The notes beneath the pieces were generated by a model, which was not told the origin of the DNA, made no database searches, and saw only the letters and a program-made list of their open reading frames with translations. DNA of 64,000 nucleotides, from positions 9,441 to 73,440 of the forward strand of contig JAHIUT010000038.1 in assembly GCA_018817085.1 (NCBI GenBank), written 5' to 3'. This document shows positions 57,017-64,000 of this stretch, in pieces. Made by a program: the position numbers and the translations under genes. Source of the DNA: Patescibacteria group bacterium (GTDB taxonomy: Bacteria; Patescibacteriota; WWE3; CG2-30-40-12). Position 1 is the first letter of the stretch. Each line of letters opens with the position of its first letter.

Positions 57017-57221
57017 AATAAAAGATGGACAGCGCATAACACGGGCTATACGGAAAATTTAAAACAATTTTCCCAAATCCTGCTAAAATCGGAGCAGGAC
57101 TTCGTATAGCCCGAAACGTTGTTCGAAATAATGTGGTAACGCATTTTTCCGAGACGATAGAGGAGCAAACGGCTAATATACAAAAGTATTTGTGAGAAAA
57201 AAGAGTTGCCAAAAAGGGACT

Positions 57222-57261
57222 ACCCCGTCCGCCAGCTGGCGGACGGGGTAGTCCCTTTTTT
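57222..57261 (+). terminator. Rho-independent terminator: GGGACTACCCCGTCCGCCAGCTGGCGGACGGGGTAGTCCC + TTTTTT
   Basis: Perfect long stem immediately after the orphan mltG 3' copy (R2). It shares the GGGACTACCCCG stem module with the 42820 terminator and the CCGCCAGCTGGCGG core with 42767..42790. Confidence 0.75.
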
Positions 57262-57325
57262 AATCCTCCCGCGAGACCCCATACACATGATTGCAATTTG
57301 TGTGTTAATAGAATAAAGTAAAAAT

Positions 57326-58258
57326 GTGACGCGAAAAGAATATTTTCAAGTTATTTATGATGGGTCTGCCTTAAAATCTAACGAGATGGATGTAAGGGAT
57401 TTGGCTCCTGCTCTTCTTGCCATAAGCGACATTCTAGATGAAGCAAATAAAATAACCAATGGGGATAAAACAAAAGTTCAAGTAAATGTAAAAGGCTCAT
57501 TTAAAACGGGATCCTTCAGAATTGACTTTTCTTTAATTCAGGGCGGAATTGATGGTCTTACTTATCTTTTTAATTCAGAACAAGCTAGCGCGGCAGCAAA
57601 CTTACTTCAGATCCTAGGCTTTATTGGGGTGCCAAGCACCTTCGGACTTATTGGGCTTTTATTAAAGTTAAGAAATCGTAAGATTAAAAAAGTGGTAAAA
57701 GAGGGGCACAATAAAACTGTTATAGAAGTTGAAGATGAGAAGATTGAAACCCACCCAAAAGTAATTGCCTTGTTTTCAAATGTTAAGATTAGGATTGGAT
57801 TACAAAAAATTATTACGGAACCATTGTCTAGGGAGGGCGTAGAAAGTTTTAGTATAAAAAAAGGTGGCCAAGTTAACACAGTAAAAACCGAAGAAAAGGA
57901 TTACTTTAAACTATCAGACATACCAGATGAACCACTTAGAGATGGGGTAAGAGAGGTCTATTTGAGAGCGTTATCTGTTATTTTTGTTGAAGGGAACAAA
58001 TGGAGATTTAGCGATGGAACTAATGAGTTCTATGCTACAGTTAAAGATGAAAAATTTGTGAAAGATGTGCAGGAAAACAAAATTTCTTTCACGAAAGACG
58101 ATACCTTCAAAGTAAAATTAAGAGAGAAACAATGGATAACTGATACGGGACTTAAAACAGAACATGAAATAGAAGAAGTTATAAGCCACCGTTCTGTAGC
58201 AAAACAGATTAAATTGCCTTTTGAGGAAAATGAAAAAGACACTAAGCAAAAAGGATAA
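57326..58258 (+). CDS. Hypothetical protein (310 aa), no recognised domain
   Basis: GTG start per the ORF track; alternative Met at MDVRDLAPALL. Possible hydrophobic segment GFIGVPSTFGLIGLLLKL. Adjacent to the integrase mini-element. Confidence 0.4.
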   Translation: MTRKEYFQVIYDGSALKSNEMDVRDLAPALLAISDILDEANKITNGDKTKVQVNVKGSFKTGSFRIDFSLIQGGIDGLTYLFNSEQASAAANLLQILGFIGVPSTFGLIGLLLKLRNRKIKKVVKEGHNKTVIEVEDEKIETHPKVIALFSNVKIRIGLQKIITEPLSREGVESFSIKKGGQVNTVKTEEKDYFKLSDIPDEPLRDGVREVYLRALSVIFVEGNKWRFSDGTNEFYATVKDEKFVKDVQENKISFTKDDTFKVKLREKQWITDTGLKTEHEIEEVISHRSVAKQIKLPFEENEKDTKQKG

Positions 58259-58437
58259 AAAAAATTAAAGTGGGGAATATAGATTACACTTTTTGTATTT
58301 TGGGGTGGGCTGTCCCAAGAAGTGGGACAACTGAAGTTAAAATCTTTGACTGGGCAAGCGTCCACAACGGAAATATCTAAAAAGAAAAAAGTGCCAAGTG
58401 TTTTCAGCAACAAGTGGCGCTTTGTGGGTGGAGTAGG

Positions 58438-58932
58438 CTAGTCGGTAGCGTTGAGGTCTTCCAACCACACCTTAAAAGACTCCGCCAGCAATTCGCAGAT
58501 TTCATCCGCATCCTTTCCCGGTTCTGGACAGTCTTTGCAGTACACTGCAATAGATCTATCCGCTCTGGAATTGTCTATTTTTTTCTCATCCGTTCCCCAA
58601 GGGAACAGAACAGCAACGCTTCCTGCTCCTTTGTTGAAAACAAGTCCCCAAAACCACATATACTTGTCATCTGTTGTGGGGCAAAGGATTTGTTTGTATC
58701 CCGCTACCCTTCTTCCGCTCTCTTCCAAGCACTGTCCATTGAAATTTGTAGTTCCACTGTCGTATAGTCTATTTAGCTCCTCTATAGCTTTTGGGAAATA
58801 AGGAAAGCCAAATCCCGCCAGTTCTGCTGTCGGATGTTTTTCCAAACTCATTTTACCGCTCCTTTCTCTTTGGGAGGATTTTATTAGCAACTCAACAGTT
58901 GCTTTGGCTGTTATTAAAGGAAATTTTAGCAC
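58438..58932 (-). CDS. Hypothetical protein (164 aa), weak resemblance to SMI1/KNR4 (SUKH) immunity-protein family
   Basis: ...FGFPYFPKAIEELNRLYDSGTTNFNG... resembles the SUKH ...NGg motif region. Low confidence. Confidence 0.3.
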   Translation of the reverse strand: MLKFPLITAKATVELLIKSSQRERSGKMSLEKHPTAELAGFGFPYFPKAIEELNRLYDSGTTNFNGQCLEESGRRVAGYKQILCPTTDDKYMWFWGLVFNKGAGSVAVLFPWGTDEKKIDNSRADRSIAVYCKDCPEPGKDADEICELLAESFKVWLEDLNATD

Positions 58933-59069
58933 AAGGGAGATAAGAAGTAAAGACCATGCAGGAAATATCAGTTTAATTGGAATTTCATTGGGGTGCGGAC
59001 CCCTTCGGGGTACCGACCCCTAAAACAATTACCCTTTGAAAAAGATAAAGACTTTGTTAAGATGGTATT

Positions 59070-59822
59070 ATGATATCCCTGTCCAAAATATCCACAAACG
59101 GTAAATTTATGTTTTTAGCTTACGACCACGGCTTGGAACACGGTCCCTCCGATTTTAATGATGTAAATGTAGACCCTAACTATATTCTGGACATTGCCGT
59201 CAAAGGCGGTTTTAGCGCTGTTATCCTTCAAAAAGGCATTGCCGAAAAATATTATGCCCCCTCAAAGAATAATGTTCATTTAATTATTAAACTCAACGGT
59301 AAAACCAATCTTGTTGAAGAGGAACCTTATTCCGCTCCGTTGTGTACGGTGGATGAAGCTATAAAACTAAAAGCTTCCGCGGTTGGCTATACCTTATATG
59401 TTGGTAGTAAGTTTGAGAGTATGATGTTTAAAGAGTTTGGCAGAGTGGTGGAGGAGGCCCATTCAAAAAACATTCCTGTTATAGCGTGGATGTATCCGCG
59501 GGGGAAAGCGGTAAAAGGTAGAGAAGATTCAAGAGAAATTTTGGCTTATTCGGCAAGAGTTGGTCTTGAACTGGGAGCGGATATCTTAAAACTTCATTAT
59601 GCGGGCAATGTCCTTGACATGGAATGGGTGGTAGAAAGCGCTGGAAAAGCAAAAGTTGTTATTTCTGGAGGAATGAAAGAATCGGAAAAAGAATTTTTAA
59701 AGGACTTAAAAGACGCTATGAAAGCAGGATGTTCCGGAGTAGCGGTGGGGAGGAATGTTTGGCAGAGAAAAACCCCCCTGCCTTTTGTTAATGAGATTTA
59801 TGGAGTAGTAATGTGTGGATAG
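59070..59822 (+). CDS. Class I (Schiff-base) aldolase of the DhnA/FbaB family (archaeal-type fructose-bisphosphate aldolase-like)
   Basis: 250-aa TIM-barrel with ADILKLHYAG (Schiff-base Lys region) and a phosphate-binding GRNVWQ tail. Confidence 0.6.
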   Translation: MISLSKISTNGKFMFLAYDHGLEHGPSDFNDVNVDPNYILDIAVKGGFSAVILQKGIAEKYYAPSKNNVHLIIKLNGKTNLVEEEPYSAPLCTVDEAIKLKASAVGYTLYVGSKFESMMFKEFGRVVEEAHSKNIPVIAWMYPRGKAVKGREDSREILAYSARVGLELGADILKLHYAGNVLDMEWVVESAGKAKVVISGGMKESEKEFLKDLKDAMKAGCSGVAVGRNVWQRKTPLPFVNEIYGVVMCG

Positions 59823-59982
59823 TATATTGGTTTTAGATAACATCTCAAATGTCAAATTTCAAAACTCAAAGCCACAACTTAAATATCAAATCTAATTTTA
59901 ATGCAACTGTGTGAGCTATGGCGAGATTTAAGTTTTGACATTTGGATTTGATATTTGAGTTTTGCGTTTTGAGATTTGGCTT

Positions 59983-60951
59983 ATGCTTGATTTACTAACT
60001 TTTGGACATACAACTACAGATGTTTTTTTGGAAATTTCAGAGGCAGTTGTTAAATGCGATGTGAACCATAGAAACTGCCAAATTTGTTTGGATTATGCTG
60101 AAAAAATCCCAGTTAAGTCTTTTCACCGCACAATAGGAGGTAACGCCCCTAATACCGCAGTTGGCGTATCCCGCCTTGGCCTTTCCGTAGGTATCGTGTC
60201 CAATATTGGAAAAGACGCTAATGGAGACTTCGTTCTTGAGGTTTTGAGAAAAGAGAAGATAAAAGATTTAAAATACATTAAACGAGATGGTTTTGGAACG
60301 GATTATTCCACCATTATAAATTTTAAGGGAGAAAGAACAATTTTAGCGTTTCATGAAAAACGAAAATATGTTTTTCCTTCAAATACAGTTTCTGCTAAGT
60401 GGGGGTATTTAAGTTCTATGGGGGAAGATTTTGAAAAATTTAATGAAAAGTTTTTAGATTGGGCTAAAAAGTGCAATGTCAAAATAGGTTTTAACCCCGG
60501 AATTTATGAGCTTAAGGCGGGAGTTTCTAAAATAAAAAATGTTCTCTCTGTTTGCGAACTTTTAATAGTAAATAAAGAAGAAGCGGAAAGTTTAGTTTTG
60601 AGCGGGTCCATAACTTTGAATAAAGATATAAAGGAACTTCTTACCGGGCTTTTTAGTTTGGGGCCAAAAATTGTGGTTATTACTGATGGGAAAAACGGAG
60701 CGTACGCTTACGACGGCGCCGAGTTTTTGAAGAGGTCTGTTTTTCCGGGGACGCGGGTAGAGATGACTGGGGCGGGAGATTCGTTTAGTTCGGGGTTATT
60801 ATCCGCCCTTATTTACGGTAAAAGTGTAAAAACAGCGCTAAGATGGGGTTCGGCAAATTCTTCTTCGGTTATTCAAAAAGTGGGGGCGATTGAAGGACTT
60901 TTAACAGAGTGGCAAATGTATAAGGTGTTACGGGCAAACCTTTCCCCATAA
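59983..60951 (+). CDS. PfkB-family carbohydrate kinase (ribokinase-like)
   Basis: N-terminal GG motif (IGGNAPNTAVGVSRLG) and C-terminal TGAGDSFSSGLLSAL (the GAGD ATP-binding signature). Start likely MLDLLTFGHTT (59983), not 59962. Confidence 0.7.
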   Translation: MLDLLTFGHTTTDVFLEISEAVVKCDVNHRNCQICLDYAEKIPVKSFHRTIGGNAPNTAVGVSRLGLSVGIVSNIGKDANGDFVLEVLRKEKIKDLKYIKRDGFGTDYSTIINFKGERTILAFHEKRKYVFPSNTVSAKWGYLSSMGEDFEKFNEKFLDWAKKCNVKIGFNPGIYELKAGVSKIKNVLSVCELLIVNKEEAESLVLSGSITLNKDIKELLTGLFSLGPKIVVITDGKNGAYAYDGAEFLKRSVFPGTRVEMTGAGDSFSSGLLSALIYGKSVKTALRWGSANSSSVIQKVGAIEGLLTEWQMYKVLRANLSP

Positions 60952-61452
60952 TCCCCTTTTCTCTTCTCGCGATATCCTTTCCGCTTGCAAAAATGTTTCT
61001 TGGTACGCTACATCCGGCGGAAAAGTTGATACTTTAGCATACCCTTCTCTAACTAAATATTCATTAACAAACATCCCGTCCACAAATACATATCTAAGAA
61101 GCCTATCATATTTATCGGTTTCGGAAATATCCTTTTCAAGTTTTACAATTTTCCCCTCAACCAACTCTTTGTTTTTGTCCAGGGATTTTTCCGCAAAACA
61201 TTTTGTTGTTCTGTTCTTGCTGTTCATTTCCGGGCTATTTATTCCAATGTATCTAACTTTTTCTCCGGTTTCCAAAACAATAGTATCCCCGTCGATAACA
61301 CGAGTTACCTTATATTGTCCTTCTGGAAGTTCTTTAACAGGAGGTGTATTCTCCTTTTCTTTCCAACCAGTCCACAGCAAGTTTATGCCAACTATAAGTA
61401 GGGTTAGTAATAAGGTAAAAATGGATTTTTTTCTTAATTTCATTATTTCCAT
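60928..61452 (-). CDS. Staphylococcal-nuclease-like thermonuclease with N-terminal membrane anchor
   Basis: VTRVIDGDTIVLETGEKVRYIGINSPE...DRLLRYVFVDGMFVNEYLVREGYA: SNase Ca-binding and catalytic residues. Confidence 0.75.
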   Translation of the reverse strand: MEIMKLRKKSIFTLLLTLLIVGINLLWTGWKEKENTPPVKELPEGQYKVTRVIDGDTIVLETGEKVRYIGINSPEMNSKNRTTKCFAEKSLDKNKELVEGKIVKLEKDISETDKYDRLLRYVFVDGMFVNEYLVREGYAKVSTFPPDVAYQETFLQAERISREEKRGLWGKVCP

Positions 61453-61579
61453 TGTACATCATATAACCATTCAACCATTCTTTTACCTTTTGAGATTGCT
61501 TTGTCAGTCACTTCGTTCCTTTCTCGCAATGACGGGGGTATTAATTATTAGTTGGGGGCATGCCCCTATGAATCCAAAA

Positions 61580-61978
61580 CTACTCAAGTTCTAGCAGATT
61601 TTTCTTTTCCTCAAAAACGATTCTGAATTGTTTGAAAAACGCTTCTCTTCCCAGTAGATTAAAGGAGACCAAATACTCATGAGAAAAAACCACGGGACAG
61701 ATAAACTTCTTGCCTGCAATTTCTATCTCTAGTTTGTGGACATATCCTTTGATTCTTCCACCAACTCCTCCTAGATAAGTTTCTTTGCCATTTTCTATTG
61801 CAATTCCAAGTTGTTCGGCAATCTCATCTTTAAACACAGAAATAGTTGCTCCTGAATCAATTAAAGCGTGAAACTTGAGTTTTTTACCACCCGCGGATAC
61901 ATACAGAGGAATTGCTGGGAAATACCCCTCGCCATTATAATAATACTTGAAAATAGCAGGGGTGTTTTTCTTGCTCAT
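61580..61978 (-). CDS. Retropepsin-like (clan AA) aspartic protease
   Basis: ALIDSGATISVF is the D-S/T-G-A active-site motif. 132 aa, the size of single-lobe bacterial/archaeal retropepsin-like proteases. Confidence 0.55.
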   Translation of the reverse strand: MSKKNTPAIFKYYYNGEGYFPAIPLYVSAGGKKLKFHALIDSGATISVFKDEIAEQLGIAIENGKETYLGGVGGRIKGYVHKLEIEIAGKKFICPVVFSHEYLVSFNLLGREAFFKQFRIVFEEKKNLLELE

Positions 61979-62184
61979 AAGATATAGGGACCTTCGCCTT
62001 TATAGGGCACTTTGAAAGCGGCAGCAACTTTTTCGTCGGGAATCTTGTTTTTAGTATCAGAAGTTACCAGAGGACTTATTTCTTTTAATGTTTTGCCGAC
62101 AGCGATTATTCTATCTTCCAAAACCGCTACCCATTTTCCAGCGTATTTTCCCATATTTTTAGTAGAAGTATTTATCTTTTCCAT
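61975..62184 (-). CDS. Small protein (69 aa) translationally coupled upstream of the retropepsin-like protease (DUF5678-like partner)
   Basis: MEKINTSTKNMGKYAGKWVAVLEDRIIAVGKTLKEI... 4-nt overlap with the protease gene. Confidence 0.4.
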   Translation of the reverse strand: MEKINTSTKNMGKYAGKWVAVLEDRIIAVGKTLKEISPLVTSDTKNKIPDEKVAAAFKVPYKGEGPYIL

Positions 62185-62345
62185 AGTATGTCCATCTTAA
62201 CAAAAATTGAAAGAAGAAGTCAAACACTAGTTGCGTGGCGTCATTGCGAGCGGAGCGAAGCAATCCCGATGGGATTGCCCTCGTTAGGCTAAATTATTTT
62301 GCATTTGGGACTTTAACTCCTTCTAATCCTGTGGCATAATATATT

Positions 62346-64000
62346 TAATGGGAAGAAGGAGAAGAAAAAGGTCTCTAAAATTTAAAATAGAAAAAGATGT
62401 GTTGTTGTCTTTAATATCTGTTTTCCTGCTTTTAGTGGCGGGGTTGTTGTTCATTTCCCTTTTTGCGTCCGCGGGCAGTATAACCTCAATATTTAAAGAG
62501 ATTTTAGGCGAGGTTTTTGGTTCCACCGCGTTTTTTGTACCGGTTTTTATTACTTATTTTGCCTTACTGCTTATAAGGACTTTGCGGTTTAGACTTTTAC
62601 AGACACGGCTTTTAGTTGGTTTGTTTCTTTTGTATGTTTCTGTAACAGGTATTTTTTCTCAAAAGGCGGGTCTTGTTGGTATGAAAATATTTAATACTGC
62701 GACAAACGCTTTTGGAGAAATTGGGGCGAGTATAGCTTTTGTCGGCTTTTTTGGCATATCCGTAATTTTAATATTTAATTTAAGTCTGGATTCGGTTTTT
62801 GACTTTTTTGAAAAAGTTTTTCATAAGCTTCCAAAATTTAAATTTCTTCTGCCAAAAAATATAGCTTTAATAAAAAAGGATATGGTGCTTGAAGAAAAAT
62901 CTTCCAGCGAAGATGAAACAGACAAAGATTTTGAGGAAGATAGGGCAGAAGAATTTAAAATAGTACCCAACATATCCGAACCTGTTATTAATGGAGGTTC
63001 CCATAAAGAGATGGGAGTGGTTAGAACTCCCATCAAGTCAAACATTCCTTATCCCGACAGAGTTTGGGAATATCCGCCTTTAGATGTTTTAGTTGACGCG
63101 CCTCCTGTTGCCGCCGATAGGGGAAATGTAAAAGAGCGCGCGCAAACTATAGAAAAAACCTTGGAATCTTTTGGAATTCGTTCACACATTGTTGAAATAA
63201 ATATGGGGCCCACGGTTACGCAGTACGCTTTGGAGGCCGCCAAAGGCACCAAAATAGCGAGAATCACTAACCTAGCAAACGATTTAGCTTTATCTTTGGC
63301 GTCTCCAAATGGTATGGTTAGAATAGAAGCCCCTATACCGGGAAAATCGTTAATAGGTATTGAAGTGCCTAATTTTTCGCCTTCTCTGGTTACTTTAAAA
63401 AGTATTTTGAGTTCCGAAATTATGAAAAATACCCGTTCAAAACTTGCGGTGTCGCTGGGGCACGATGTTTCGGGCAAACCTTTTATTGCGGATATTGGCA
63501 AGATGCCACATGTTCTTATCGCAGGCAGTACCGGAAGCGGGAAATCTGTTTTATTAAATTCTTTTATCACCACGCTTTTGTTTAGGTGTTCGCCAAATGA
63601 GTGTAAATTTATATTAATTGACCCTAAGAGAGTAGAGTTTGCTTCTTATGCGGACATTCCTCATTTATTGACTTCGGTGATAGTAGAACCCGAAAAAGCG
63701 GTACCCGCTTTAAAATGGGCAGTTATGGAAATGGATAGAAGATATAAATTATTTGAGAACGCTAAAGTGCGCAATGTTGATGCTTTTAATGAAATGTCGG
63801 GGTTTCAGGCGCTACCTTATGTGGTGATTTTTGTGGACGAGCTTGCTGAACTTATGAGTTTATCTAAAACCGATGTGGAAAAATCGGTTTGTCGTTTAGC
63901 GCAAAAATCTCGGGCTACCGGTATCCATTTAATATTGGCAACGCAAAGACCTTCGGTGGATGTTTTAACTGGTTTAATTAAAGCCAATATCCCCTGCCGA
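62346..64000 (+). CDS. ftsK: DNA translocase FtsK/SpoIIIE (partial; runs off the window end)
   Basis: Hand-translated from ATG 62346. It has an N-terminal polytopic membrane domain, a linker, a motor domain with Walker A LIAGSTGSGKSV and Walker B VVIFVDELAELM, and ATQRPSVDVLTG. Confidence 0.88.

Larger units (their letters stand above)
55520..57195 (+). mobile_element. Integrated mini-element (~1.6 kb) flanked by 61-bp imperfect direct repeats (55520..55580 and 57135..57195) that duplicate the mltG 3' end. Cargo is a tyrosine integrase, a structured noncoding region and an 89-aa membrane protein.
   Basis: R1 GGGGTAACGCGCTTTTCCGAGACGGTAGAAGAGCAAACGGCTAATATACAAAAGTATTTGTAG versus R2 TGTGGTAACGCATTTTTCCGAGACGATAGAGGAGCAAACGGCTAATATACAAAAGTATTTGTGA. 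Both encode ..VT(R/H)FSET(V/I)EEQTANIQKYL*. The integrase gene abuts R1. Confidence 0.7.

Noticed and set aside
56958-57296. 112-aa minus-strand ORF across the second mltG-end repeat and terminator
   Set aside because: It runs antisense through the strong terminator hairpin and the repeat, and its translation is Gly/Pro/Arg-rich from the GC-rich stem. Spurious.

Overview
This 64-kb window has low GC and is densely packed with short genes. I infer it comes from a Patescibacteria/CPR-like bacterium. The inference rests on several gene features, not on any taxonomic marker: archaeal-type AspRS, a BpsA/DUF43-like aminopropyltransferase, a family-4 UDG, RNase J, a DhnA-type aldolase and a compact AlaRS.

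Housekeeping content: groES-groEL; speH plus a BpsA-like polyamine module; RNase HI; aspS; dacA-like; secY ... adk-map-infA-rpmJ-rpsM-rpsK-rpsD-rpoA-rplQ-rplM-rpsI; rmuC; pcrA/uvrD; rnj; UDG; mutS-mutL; pnp-rpsO; alaS; ruvX-mltG; a class I aldolase with a PfkB kinase; an SNase-like nuclease; and a partial ftsK. Two tRNAs lie on the minus strand: tRNA-Leu(CAG) and tRNA-Pro(CGG).

Accessory content is interleaved with these genes:
- A translationally coupled MTase-REase-small ORF cassette plus ybaB sits between secY and adk, inside the conserved ribosomal operon.
- A roughly 7-kb defense island lies between rmuC and tRNA-Pro. It holds VapBC and two tandem units, each with a Dam-family (YxGSK/DPPY) methyltransferase next to a homologous ~300-365 aa putative endonuclease. 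One unit carries an additional MTase. The distal unit, together with an M20 peptidase, is bracketed by perfect 28-bp direct repeats.
- A HicAB pair sits next to a consensus sigma70 promoter that drives a double-hairpin noncoding motif. That motif recurs at about 59.0 kb.
- A tyrosine-integrase mini-element is flanked by 61-bp direct repeats that duplicate the 3' end of mltG.
- A compositionally AT-rich two-gene cassette of unknown function (377 aa + 68 aa) lies downstream of alaS; its N-terminus has a PD-(D/E)xK-like motif.
- A retropepsin-like protease is paired with a small partner protein.
- A Lon-like ATPase lacks a protease domain.
- Several families of short palindromic repeats recur in intergenic DNA: GGGTT[TC]AACCC, CCTTGTACAAGG and GGGACTACCCCG terminator hairpins.

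No CRISPR array was seen.
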